NCBI GenBank assembly: GCA_905178155.1
Contig: CAJINV010000001.1
Span: 16,244,142-16,308,141 of the forward strand
From: Amoebophrya sp. A120
Taxonomy: Eukaryota; Protista; Dinoflagellata
Reading direction: 5' to 3'
Length of the DNA: 64,000 nt
The notes below the pieces were generated by a model. That model had not been told where the DNA came from and did no database searches. It was given only the letters and a program-made list of their open reading frames with translations. Below, piece after piece: positions 1-12,234 of the stretch; position 1 is the first letter of the stretch; each line of letters begins with the position of its first letter. Position numbers and translations under genes: made by a program.

Positions 1-2862
1 TCGACAAGAGCGCACAGGTATTGACGAAATTTTGTGAGTAGATAAAGAAAGCTCGCGCTCGTCAGTGTGACAGCACCTGCATCTTCAAGGCTACCTTCAG
101 TTTGTGGTCACCGGATCGATAGAGCCAGTTGTACCACCTACTTTTTTCTTGATGTGCTCTTCTTGATCACGAAGATTGAAACAAAACTATACAGCTTGCC
201 TGGTTGGTATTCGAGCAGAGCCGGGATGCGTACGAAGCCGAGCATCAGTTTGACGGAGGGGAAATCAACGGAAGCACGATCAAAATCACGATTATCTAAT
301 CTGCAATCGCAGATACAACTTGTCTCCGTTTCTGCAGTTCATCAAGATTTCAATACTACAACTACCTCCAAATGTATCAAGTTCAAGTATCACCAGAAAG
401 AGCTCCATTATGATTAAATGTGTTACATCTCTAGAAGCTGTTACTGTTACTTTCCATTATGATAACCTCCTCGAGGACTACAACGGCGCGTAGTCTACTC
501 TACTGACACCAGAATTATTCTACACAAAGAGAATACCTGTATAGCTTGTTGTACTTGTAGAACTCCACCCCGGACGAAGTACCAAAACACGGCGAGTCCT
601 GTTGTTACATTTTGTGACGCTTCGACTCGGACTACTGTAGCAGTGAGCAAAGGACGTGTCTGCTCCAGCTCCACCCAAAAAAAACAAACTCTTGCAAGAC
701 ATAGATTAGAAGGAGATTAAATCGCCTTTCCTTTCGTAAACGTTGTGATGTACGTATTTCCTCGCCGGCAGCTTCGGCCCTGCCTGAAGAGGCGACTCAT
801 TGCAATTTCGGAAGCAGCGGCATGGGAACAGAGATCACTTAATGGGTCGCGTGGTATCGTTGTGTCGTGATACGTTCTCGTCCGGCCGCGGACCCTCGGT
901 GACTCGGTACTACGACATGAGACATCCGGCAGATAACACAGTACTTCGATAGAGATTCTGCTAGCTTGTCTACACTGACAGAGCTGCGGTGCATGTTTTG
1001 GAGCAGATGAGATCTTCTGACATCGCAGACGGAGGCTCGAATCAAGAAACTCAGATTCAACCCTGCCAGGACGATAGCGGCATATGTCTCGGTCGCACCA
1101 GACGCCTGTGTGCCCCTTACCTGCTTCTTGCTAGGTCATATTCTAGTGGCCACTAATCTCATTGCACAAAACGATTTGTGCTTTGTGGTGCGTCTGCTCG
1201 ATGTACTAGAATGGTACTAGCACGGTAACTAATCACTACAGCTCTTGCCCCTGCCAAGTACAGCCAATGCAATGGATTGACATATCACACTTTCTTTTTG
1301 CCGAACCAGCATGGCCCGCCACAGCCGTGAGTTTTGCGGTTCAATAGCAGAAAGAGCGCGAACTTGCTATCGGACTTCAGGCACGGCAAAGTGTCAATAG
1401 TTTTGGAAGTCTCGCAGGATGTTTTTGCACGGTTTTCGAGTTCTGAATTTCATAGTTAGTACGACGAACCGATGCGATGACGCGATCTTTGTGGCCTATA
1501 TAGAAGAACGACGTATAGTAACTGTTCATTGCCGCTGCGCATTTCTGCGAAGCGCGCTCGCTGGATATTTATCATCTCATTCTTCTACGCCGCAATTCAG
1601 TATTCAGCGTCTGGCAGATCCTGCACGTCGGCCTCTCACTCTTGCGCTGCCGCGGCAAAAACTCTCCTTGACCTGGCAAAATATGTTGTGCTGCAAACAC
1701 ACACGACACTGAAGTATTTGTAACGGCAGCAGGGTGTGGATGTGGTCCTCTACTCTTGTTCATTGATATTGATGTTACAGTAAATGACTCTACAAGTACT
1801 GACACTGAGATTGGAAATGGAACAACATGCAGCACCCTATGTATATGCATGTTGCGGCCAGCAAAAGGCTCCTGATGCAAGATTAAACAGCGTGCCACTT
1901 CTTTCCATTCAAGGGAGGAGACGAAATAAAGCGAACCAAAGTTCTTGTAGACCATTTTGATTTTCCCCCTTGAGATCGAGCGCGGGACTCGTCTGGTGCA
2001 CTTACTCATTATGATAAATATCTAAGGCGACCGATGTAGCAGTAGCACCGCTTTCGAAAAAGTACTGCTTTCGCTTAAATGAAAGATGCAGCGGAAAAAA
2101 ATCACAATGAAAGATGCTTGCAGGTGAACAAGATCTGAAAGCCAAGATTCAGATGAATGTAACGAACTCGTATGCGTGACTCTCTCGTATATTGTTGCTA
2201 CATGTTGCTACAAAATCAATGCGAATGTGAATGTGTGCCCTGCCTGTACAGGCGCTGTCAGGGAGCTCGAAACTCTGGCGCGCGGGGATACTTGTGAGAG
2301 CCAGTGTTGAATCCTCGTCGCATCTATAAGTTCGCAGGCATGATTGTTCGTGTACCAAACCCGCGATCGTGCCTGCGCACATGAAGGCCAACAATTGATG
2401 GTGCAGATGGCAAAAAGAAATTTGTTATGGACAAAACGTTGCACTCGCAGTCGCAGTCCGTTCCCCTTGGTGCTAGTTTAAGATCTTGCGTCGTCGGTCA
2501 GTGGTCCATATTTTCTGTACTTTTGCTTCCTATACTGTTTGCCTGTGGCGCAAGCTGCCGTTGTCACTGACTTGGCCGCTCGTCTTCGTGCTCATGCTCA
2601 TGATCGTGTAAGGTACGACCTCCATAGCAGGCCTCCAAACCCATGTGGCATCGGAGCTACGATCTGACGAGATCAACATGAATGAAAATGACCCTTTCAT
2701 TTTTTGATGTGTGGTGACTGTGATTTGGTAGAACCGACAATAGGATTGGGATTCATATTTGCTTTTTCGTGTGATGCCGCGCTGATTTACAGCAGTTGCA
2801 GCACTGACTTTGAACAGGATCCGCTCCTTGAGGCCGATAATTACGAACTTTACCTGAATCTC

Positions 2863-2976
2863 GAAGGAACAAGGACGACGAGCCAAGATCATTCCACTTT
2901 CCGATCTGAAGTTGTCTATGTGCTAACTCGCTGTTTTTAGTTTGTGATTTGCATGTTAAAAAAAAAAAAAAAAAAA
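2863..2976 (+). mobile_element. Short poly(A)-tailed retro-insertion (5'-truncated retrocopy or LINE 3' end)
   Basis: A19 run at 2958-2976; 17-bp direct repeat AACTTTACCTGAATCTC at 2846-2862 and 2975-2991 flanks the insert. Confidence 0.75.
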
Positions 2977-3368
2977 CTTTACCTGAATCTCCTACACCAA
3001 AACTATACCCCCTTGCTTTCTAGGCGCTATGGCTATCCGGTAACACTATCGCGACTAAAGCATGAAGATTATATACAAGACTGTGTACCACTACCAGTAC
3101 CACGGAAAGAAACGTAAGATCATTCAGATGCTTCTTCGTCCATCTGTACTATGACCACTCTAGGCGTTTTCGATCATTTAGTCGTAGCTCCCTGCTTTTG
3201 GCGCAGGAGACTTGGTATTGTTTGAGTCCGGCAGTATTTTTTAGCGACGCCGTGTTCTACAACCGGACAGGGTGCACGACGCGACATGGTTGTAATCATG
3301 GCTCGATGCAAAGAATACGATTAATGATGGACTGCCACCCGTCCTAGTTAAAAAGTGAATAAAAAGTC

Positions 3369-6300
3369 ATGGCAACGTCCCCACCGGGAGCTGGAGGTGG
3401 AGCGGGCGGAGGCACACAAACGTCGCCGCCCGCAGTACCGGCGGAAAAGATTGCCGTAAACCTGGGCATTCTCGGGCACATTGACAGTGGCAAGACGAGC
3501 CTCTGCCGCGCTCTGAGTACGGTAACCTCGACCGCGTCGCTGGATAAGCATCCGCAGTCCCAACAGCGCGGCATCACGCTGGACCTCGGGTTTACCAGTT
3601 TTTTATCAAGTGCTAGAGATGTTGAAATCATGATGATGATCCCGCTTCCGCAAAAAACTCATGCAGGGTCATAATATGACTTGATCGATATGCATTTGCA
3701 TAGTCAAGAATTTTATGTTTGTGTCTCGACGAACGGTCATGATGACAGAGATAATAAGCCACCACAGCGCTACATCTCGCCTCATCTCGAGCTCACAGTT
3801 GTACTACCATGTCGAGCGGTCCGGCCAAGACCACCAAGCGGGTTTCTGGGATCAACATTGCATGAAGACTTTTTTCGCATCCAGATATTTCCAGCAGAGC
3901 TCCGGAGCATTGGTGCTGCCCTCCTGATTCGGAGATCCAGTTTTGCTTAGTCGACTGCCCTGGTCACGCGTCGCTGATCAAGACCGTCCTTGGCGGGGCT
4001 CAGATCATCGACCTCTGCTGCCTCGTACTGGACGCGCAGAAGGGCATGCAGACGCAGAGTGCGGAATGTCTGGTGGTTGCGGAGCTACTGACGGATCGGC
4101 TGGTGATTGTGATCAACAAAATTGATCTGCTGCCGGAGACAGAACGTGCGGCCTTGCTGCAGAAGCTGATCGCCAAGCTCAAAACCACGCTGGCCAAAAC
4201 ACGGTTCGGCACCGACCGGGTGACCTTCTGCTGCGTGTCTGCGGTGGCCGGTCTCGGGCTGGAAGAGCTTGTCGGCACCCTGAAAGCGCACCTTCCGAAG
4301 CCGCACCGCAGCACTGAGGGCTCCTTTCTCTTCAGCTTTGACCACGTTTTCCCCATCAAGGGGCAAGGCACGGTGATGACCGGAACCGTTTTGCGCGGGT
4401 CCGTAAAGCCTGGTATAGATGATGTCAGTACATTGCACATCCAAGAACGACCCTTCCTTTCGAAGTGCCGACGCGGCCCGGCAAATTTACTCATATCATC
4501 TTTGAACGTAGTGCGTAAGATGTGTTAACAGTTCATGTTTTTCGTCAAAAATTCCAACTTTGATTCAGATTCAAACAGGCTAAGTTCGTATAACAACATG
4601 AGGTTCCTTGATTGACATTCCCGCGCTCGGCGAAGAGGGCCGGGGCAAGAAAGTGCGGTCCTTGCAGATTTTCAAGAAGAGCGCAAAGCTGGCGAAACAG
4701 GGAGACCGTGTCGCCATGTGTGTGCCGCAGGTGAGCGCCACCTTGGAGCGCGGCCTAGTGACGGACCCGCAGAAGAACATTCCACGGATGACTGCGGTGA
4801 TAGCGGTGGTGGAGCGACTGAGCTACTTTAAGCACGATGTCTGTTCCAAGGCCAAATTTCATCTGACAGTGGGGCACCAAACCGTGATGGCGAAAGCCTT
4901 CTTTTTCTGTCCACAGGTTCTCTTTCTGAAGAAGGACCAAGAGGCCATCCTCGCACAAGCAGCAGAGCTCGCGGCCCTCGGAACCCGAAATGTTAATAGT
5001 ACTTCCACAGCTCGCGGACCTGCTTCGGGCGCTGGAAACAAAGTGCGAGCGGCTGGTGTGGCGGGCGCGCAACAGCCCGCGGCCGCAACTGCGGCGGGCT
5101 ATTCTGGCACGCCCCAGTTTTCGCTTCTGGGAAAAGGAATGCTGGTCAGCGAAAAAGTTGGGCAGTGGCCGACTGCGTTTGACCCTACGCGGACTTACGT
5201 GCACGTGGAGCAGGCGTTTTCGCCGAAACCGGAGCTGAGCTTCAGCTACACGTCCGGCGAAGATGTGACCCTGCGGATAAAAACATTGGAAGCCACGCGA
5301 GACGAAGCCTCCAGTACTATGGGATAACAAAATATCTCTGTCTGGGTCGAGAATAAAACCAAGTGTCGTGCCCGAAGAGACTTTGATTGCATTGTGCTTT
5401 GTATTGCTGCAACAGGATTTTTCTCATCTGAGTATGTAAGGAGAAGGAGGTCACGACGTGACAAGCCAACAATCTTCAGGTTCACTTCACAGCATCGGCG
5501 AGCTCTCCCAGCCAGACGTAGTTTGTTATCTTGGATAAGGAGCATGCAGTTTTCGCCTTCTCCACGACCAGTGGTGCTGAGGTCGAACATGCCGGATCCA
5601 TTGGTCGCCGTGCAGCAGGCGACACCCACGACCGTATCGAGCCCGCCACTAAATTCCAACCAGGATTTTGCTGTGTCTGCGCCGGACGGCGAAGTAGCAG
5701 CACCGACGGCTTCTGCGGATCGCCCATCATCTTGCAGCGGAGAAGTGGAAAAAGCCAGACACGCAAATGGTACAGCTGCAGCGCCAACCCCAGACGACCG
5801 TGTGGAAACCAAAACCTCCCTTCTGGAGCTATCTTCGCGCGGACTGTCGCGCGATATCACGGCCGTGTACTACGTGAACGGACGACTACAAGATCAGAAT
5901 CGGCAACCCTTGAACGGTGACATGAACGTGGATGCGCATCTGCCGGTGCGACGCAAGGACGAAACTTTGTACCAGCTGTTCTATCTCTGCAAGCGCGCAG
6001 GCGTGCCCTTTCGCCTTGACAATGACGCTAGCAGCAGCGGGAAAACCAAAACTTCCGACGAGGACCGGGCAGCGCGACAAGCGTCCAAAGCAGGCGCCAG
6101 AACGACGGCGGCCAGTCATGTTGCGGCCACATCCAGAGGAAGCACTTCTTCGCGAGCGAAGAAAACTGCTGCTGGCATTGACGATAATGAAAACAAGACG
6201 TCAATTGGAATGGACGAGATCCTTGAAGACGACGATCTGGCCAGCGAAAAAAAGAAGAAAAAGAAAGATCGCAAGAGCAGGCGTGGTGACGCCGATGGGG

Positions 6301-8271
6301 ACGTTGCTGAAAATGGTGCTGGCGAGCAGGCGGATATAGACGCCGCTGGCGAAGACGACGACGACGCGGACAATTGCGACGAGGCTCTGCTCGACGAAGC
6401 AAGTGGCAAAAAGAAAAAGAAGAAAAAAAAGGACCGCAAGTCCAAGGGTAATGGCACCGACGAGGACGACGAGGGTGATGAGGATGACGCTGTCGGCCCC
6501 GGAGAAGAGGAGCCAGGCAAAAAGAAGAAGAAAAAGAAAAAGGATCGAAAATCGAGAACAGCTGCCGATGGTCTCAGCAGTGGCGATGAGCAGGACGGCC
6601 TGCTGCTGTCCGAAGACGAAGAGGACGATCCCGAAGCCGCAGGCAATCTTCGGGAAAGCAAGAATAAAAAGAAGAAAAAAAGCCGAAAAAGCAGAGCCGC
6701 CGACGAGGAAGCTGATGTTGACGATGCTAGCGCCGGTGAAAACGACTCGGAGGATGAGGTCGATGAAGCGGATCTTCCAGAGAATGAAAGTAAAAAAAAG
6801 AAAAAGAAAAAGGACAAAAAGCGCAAGGGCAACGAGGGAGATGTTGACGTCGAAGAAGTTTCGGACGGTGTGGTCGAGGACGGCGACACTGCTGATACGG
6901 GGCGAACTAGTAAGAAAAAGAAGAAAAAAAAGAAGAAGAAGAAGCAGAAACGCAGCAAGGAGCTGGACGACCTCCTCGATTCAGATGTTGACGACTTGGA
7001 GGACGATATCGACGAGGACTCCTCCTCCTCCTCCAGTGACGACGACGTTCCGGATGAGACTCAGGAGCCGGCAACAGTGGTGCCACTTGCGGGAACCCAG
7101 GACGGAACGACGCGAGGAACCGCAGCAGCACGGTCGCGCAGCCACGAACTGCCGGAATTTTTTCATCTGCCAACGGCCGACCGAGCGCGCGCGTCGCCCG
7201 TGTGTTACGCGTACCTGGAATTTGAGCAGCAGATGCAGATCCCCGAGGATTCCCTGCTGATCGGTTCGAAGTTGGACTTCGACGCGCACTCACCCACCTG
7301 TCGCTATCAAGCTGAAAAAAACTACCCCTGCCCCAAAGAATAGAAATGTAGTTCCCGCTGCAGAATAATTTCCCATATGGGAGGAAACTTCTGGATTTGG
7401 CATGACTGTGAAGATGGACGTCATATCAGCACGATCGCAAACGCAAAAACAAAATGCTTAAATAGGGCCTACAGTATTAAGATTTGTCATTTGTTGTGTT
7501 GCTGTTGCGAAGAGGTACTTACAAGAATAACGCCCGAGCTGAATGGCGTCGGCGGCCCTAGATTCTAACGTAAGAAAATTGTGTTGGGCAACACAAAAAA
7601 ACCGGTAGTTCTTGAGGTGTCGAAGCAGGTTTCCCACAACACAAAATAAAATTAAAAGCGGGCCTCTGGCATTAATTCCTTTAGCTAACACGGTCCCCGT
7701 CCCACTGCAGCTTGTACACATTTTCTCGGAGTGGGGCACGTTTATTCAGTTTGATACGCGCATCGCGTTCTTCGGCCGCATCCTGCGCCACTTCCAGCAC
7801 GACAACGTGAAGACGCCCGTGGACAGCGTGATCGACGTGGTGAAAATGCGCGAAAAGGTCGGCATCTTAGACAAGTGCTTCGTGAACTATCAGCATACCA
7901 ATGCAGATGATGTTGACGAGGTCCGTCGTCCCAAGCGTGGTGCTGGTGCTGCCCCCAACTCCGGACCCGCGAACAACAGCGTCGAGTACACGGTGCGCGA
8001 CATGTTCTCAAAGGACACCGATCTGACCCTGTTCCTCAACCTGAAGGTGATGCACGAGTCCTCGGGCGTGGTGGGCGTGATCGAGAGCAGCTACGGGGTC
8101 GAAGGCCACGTGCGCGTGCGGTTCGAGCGACCTCTACCGGCCGCGGCCGTGCGACTAGACAAAAAAGGTTTTGTCCAGGGAGACACCACCGACGTGTCGC
8201 GCCGCGTGCTGCTACACTTCAAAAAGTTCGAGGCAAAATCCGGGGCCAACAAGAACCGCATTGCGCAGTAG
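3369..8271 (+). CDS. EEFSEC: Selenocysteine-specific elongation factor eEFSec (SelB family), 5 exons
   Basis: Exons about 3369-3609, 3885-4412, 4603-5314, 5543-7304, 7762-8271 (intron 1 and 3 ends ambiguous). GTPase motifs GHIDSGKT, RGITLDLGF, VDCPGH, NKID; FDHVFPIKGQGTVMTG; eEFSec-type KFHLTVGHQTVM, IGSKLDxDxHxxTCR/IAFFG and C-terminal MFSKDTDLTLFLNLKV...GVIESSYG. Confidence 0.93.
7305..7761 (+). other. Non-canonical intron with terminal IR and CGC junction repeat (introner-like)
   Basis: Removal restores TCR-IAFFG. IR TATCAAGCTGAA (7305-7316) / TTCAGTTTGATA (7745-7756); CGC at 7302-7304 and 7759-7761. Confidence 0.75.
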
Positions 8272-9217
8272 TGCACGAGCAGAGGAGCTGCACCGTGTGC
8301 TCATCCGCGTTCTTGCGGTCCCAGGAGCACTGGAAATGATGGCTGCGCGACCCGCGATGCGGATCTCGTGCGCGAAGGGGGTTTTGACGTTCGGTACTGC
8401 AGCACAGTGTGTAGCATCGTGTGGAGTTTCCAAGAAACAAGGCAGCAATTGCATTTGCAAAGCAAAGGCACTACAAGTTCAAGCACATGCGAAACGAGTG
8501 CGAGCCTAAGCGAGTCCGAGAGGTCTTTTTCTCCCTGTGGATGAAGCCACAGCTTTTGAAGATTTCGCACATAGATTGATACGAGGATTGCCGGTTGCAG
8601 ATGTTGATGTTCCCTTCCTGTGAGCTTGAGCGTATGAGGGATGAATTCGAACCCCGACGGGGGAGATCAGTCGGGAAAATTCCGTGGAATCACCGACAGT
8701 AGCTCACGTCATCATGCTAACAGCTCAAGCATTAGCAACGTCATGCTGATCTTGAAAAGTACCTTTTCGGGAGATCATCATACATTTTCTGAAGACCTTG
8801 ACTAGCGAAGCAGGATCCTTCTTTGAAGCAACTTACTTGCTCGCTGCTGAAGACAGGAGTCGAAGCTGCGTTACGAAGCAAACGCTCGTTTCCACGACCA
8901 GACTTTTTCGGCACGCTGGAGATCCGCTTTCTGTCATTCACTGACTTAGTTTCACGTGCGCCTCGTCATTCAGGTCGTGGTTTTCGTCGCACCGCAGTTT
9001 TCACAGCTTATACTGCTCACGCAGTTGATTGCGTCCGTGTCGATCATCAATGTGCGATTTCGCTTAACATTCTCGCGTTGGACCAGCTTGCCGACAATTC
9101 TTTGTTTATCCTTGACTCGTCATGATCCCTGATGACTGTCAATGTGATGACGAGCCGATCCAATTCTCCACGTATCGATGGTTGATGCGGAGTGGGTATT
9201 TTTGATTTCTAATACCA

Positions 9218-9445
9218 CGGAAGAGGAGGTAGTGCTAGTCCCGCCTGAAGCCAAGGACTAAGAGCATCCCGGTGCAATTTTTCTGAGGCAACTCCCCAGT
9301 CTTGGCTGTTCGACATCAAAGCGGGTGTTTTTTAGTCAAGTTCTGGTGGCAAATTGTTGAAACACAGCTTGCCTGCCACTTACTCTCAGGAACTCAATTA
9401 GCACGTACAACAGTCACTCGCTCGCCTAAAGAAGCGAGCACACAA
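9218..9445 (+). mobile_element. SINE-like structured retroelement, copy 1
   Basis: 16-bp DR TTGATTTCTAATACCA at 9202-9217 and 9446-9461; ungapped homology of 9301-9445 to 52140-52284; terminal hairpin GCTCGC-CTAAAGAA-GCGAGC. Confidence 0.7.
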
Positions 9446-9913
9446 TTGATTTCTAATACCATCATGATGGATCGATGAGAATCTTTAAGTTTAGGCGGTT
9501 GCATTTCAAGCTGGTCTAATTGGGATGGCACGAAAACGAAACCGAAAGTCTACGTTATTTAGAAGTCACGGTCTCCAATGTTCCGCTTATTTTTTCAGTT
9601 TTCCGCTTCATCCGAAGCGATATCCGTATGTAGTAGTATGGCGAGCCGTGTGTACTTCTATATCTAGTATTTGTTTTTGTAGTAGGTCGAAATAGAGTTA
9701 GACCCGCGATATTCGAATCTTTATGAGGATCCATCGGGTGCCCCCACCGATGGGAAAGTATTGCGGCATGTCGGTGGTAGCCGTAGCTTGCTATTGACCA
9801 TACCATTCCCCATGTTGTTTCTGATAAAAATTCAAATGCTGTAAAAAACAGACTTATATATAATCTAAACTGCACTTAGTACTACACAGCGAGTGCGGAG
9901 CCTGGAAGAAAAA

Positions 9914-12234
9914 ATGGGGTTGACGGGCACGGCGACATCCAGCAAAGATCGCTGTCAGCGGCCATCAAAACGCGCAGGCAGCGAGAGAAGTACCAGCTCT
10001 GCATCATCCACCACTTCCAGTAGCAGCAATATCCAAAATAGACGGGGCCACTCCTCAAAGTATGTATAGTGTGGCCAGGCCATGGATGCATACAGTGCAT
10101 TTTTCTTCTCGTGTAAAAGAGTACTTAGCAGTAGCACTAGACGCTTCTATGCGCTTTTTGGATTTGCGTGTTATTCTTTCTTCAGTTGGTATATTTATGT
10201 ATTTATAGATTCGGGATGGCTCTGTTTGTTGCTCAGGATAGGCCGTAGCTCATCAGCGACGTCTACTTCCTCCTCGTCTACTTCTGCCTCCGACTCCTCG
10301 ACCTCGCGCTCGTCTGCTGCCCAGAACAGGACGAGCTTCGATCAGCAAGGCGCGCCGTCGCGGCGGCACGGCTGCCGCAAGCCGGCACGGATGCCTGCTG
10401 AAAGTCCTGCGCATCTTCAATCTCAACGGCCTAAAGAAGACCAGGATCACCGGGCTACAGTTGGGACGGGGGGTGCTGACACGGGTAGAAGTAGAAACAG
10501 AGCGCGAAGAAGACCGCCCGCAGCTGCGGCTAGCGGTCGCGACCACCACACTGCAGAGAACGCTGATCCTGCGTCTTTGCGTTCCACCGTCGGCACCTCC
10601 AGTTCCGATTCATCTAGCAGCTCATCCGAGGGAGCCGGGGAGGGGAGCAGGTCATGGAGCAAGTTGCGCCGGGCGTGCAACGACAAAGTTTGGTGGGATA
10701 AGAAGTTACGAAATTGAGAAAAAGAAGGCGCTTTTTGCTCAATGTAGATCCTACTTACTTTGCATGGGAAACTTTGGTGGCGCAACCGTCAAGGTTGAGG
10801 TCGACCAAAGTTCACGGACGATTCACAGTAAAGTGAGAAGCGGGCTGCTTTTCTAATCGCCAATGTTGCGTTTTTTTGAATCTTCAGCCTTGCAAAGTCC
10901 GGGATCAAGTAGAGAGTGGTAGTTCGTCAATAATTTTCGAACGACTTTGCGCCCTTAGAATCAACTGTCAACAACAGTAGCTGCAAAGAAGTGTCTATCT
11001 TCTCCTTTCATATCATCGAAAGGCCTTGACATTCAAGTACGCGAGCGAGGCGGTGCACCTGGGAGACAGTTGGGTGGAGCTCATTATGCGTGTAGGTGGC
11101 ACGCAGCCCGAAAACGGCAAGGAGTTCTTTGCGAACCGCTGCTTGCGAATGCTCGACGCTGCGCGGAAGCGAGTTTTTCCGCTACGTAGCAGCTGCAGCG
11201 CCTCCGGCCGCCGGCAAACCGGCCACGTGCCTCGACGCGCGGGAACCCGGGACCGAAGGCGGGAAGGCCGCCCGGCTGGTGGGCTTTCGACCTCGTCTGA
11301 TCCCGACGCAGTGCCTCTTTCCGGATCCGAAACATCAGTCGGCCACCGCAGCATCACGGAAGCGCGCCGGCAGCGTCAGCTCTTTGCGCACCGGGAACCA
11401 AAGCACGGCAATGGCACGATACAGGCGAGGACAGACGGGAAGGACACTAGGGGGCGCGGTGCAAACACGCGGAACATGGCCGGTATATTGTCCCGCCGCA
11501 AGCCCTGTGAGCCGCGATCGAGTGAGGGCGCATCAGAATCTTCGTCGTCTTCCTCCGCTTCTCGCCCCCGGCAAGAGAGGCAAATGAGAGCTTCGCGGCC
11601 CCGCGGTGCGCGTCACTTGATGTCCACGGGCGGGGCAAACAAACGCAGCGTCATGGCCACAGGTGGAGCGAAAACCTTTTCGCAGGAGAGCCACTCGGGG
11701 TCATCTTCGGTCGCGAGCTTAAGCAAGAGCAGTACATCCTCCCACTCGCGGCAAAGCCGTTCCTCCGGGGTTCCCCGAAAAAGCCCGCATACCACGAGCA
11801 CCACCAAGTGCTGTCTATCAAAATGAAAAAGCATGAAGTTTGTGCCGCAGCTGTCTATGTTTTGGTGTTCTTGTTAGATCATGGAGTACAATGACTGGAT
11901 GATGATGAAGTATCCAGAACATGAACGCATCAGTGCGAAAGCACGACTCGCGTTTGCGGTTTTAATTTCGATAACATCCAGAGCGCACTGGTGGCGAGGA
12001 TGTGAGTCGAAAGGCATCGGAAAAGGACTCACCGGAGCGCGCCGGCGAGGGCCGTGGCGAGCCAAGCGAGAATGCGCCAGCCTTGTCCGCGGAGATCGAT
12101 GGCGGCCGCGCTGCTGGGGCCGGTCGAGCTACGCGGAAGAAACGGTCCGCGGCCTCACGAGCAAACTCGATTCCCAGCGGCAGCGGCAGTCGAGACGCCG
12201 ACGCGAAGGAGTATTAAGCACGACAGTAAATTGA
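9914..12234 (+). CDS. Ser/Arg-rich low-complexity protein, about 4 exons, function unknown
   Basis: In-frame exon chain 9914-10059, 10237-~10709, ~11018-11807, ~11982-12217/12234; first intron GT-AG, later introns IR-closed; last-exon frame ambiguous. Confidence 0.5.

Noticed and set aside
300-2700. Scattered minus-strand Ser/Thr-rich ORF fragments suggesting a gene
   Set aside because: No recognisable motif and no consistent exon chain could be built.
3610-3897. eEFSec intron 1 as non-canonical (IR TGCTAGAGATGT / ATATTTCCAGCA)
   Set aside because: An in-phase GT-AG solution (3610-3884) with a pyrimidine tract exists; intron 3 likewise has canonical options.
6116-6958. 280-aa minus-strand Phe/Ser-rich ORF
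   Set aside because: Antisense shadow of the Lys/Asp-rich eEFSec exon.
8620-8732. Minus-strand GGTTCGAAT (tRNA T-loop-like) and ATGATGA (box C-like) inside a GCTTGAGC IR
   Set aside because: No cloverleaf, T-stem does not pair, and no terminal box D.
9301-9430. Shared in-frame TGA in both SINE-like copies as a possible Sec codon
   Set aside because: Substitutions are evenly spread across codon positions, so there is no coding signature.
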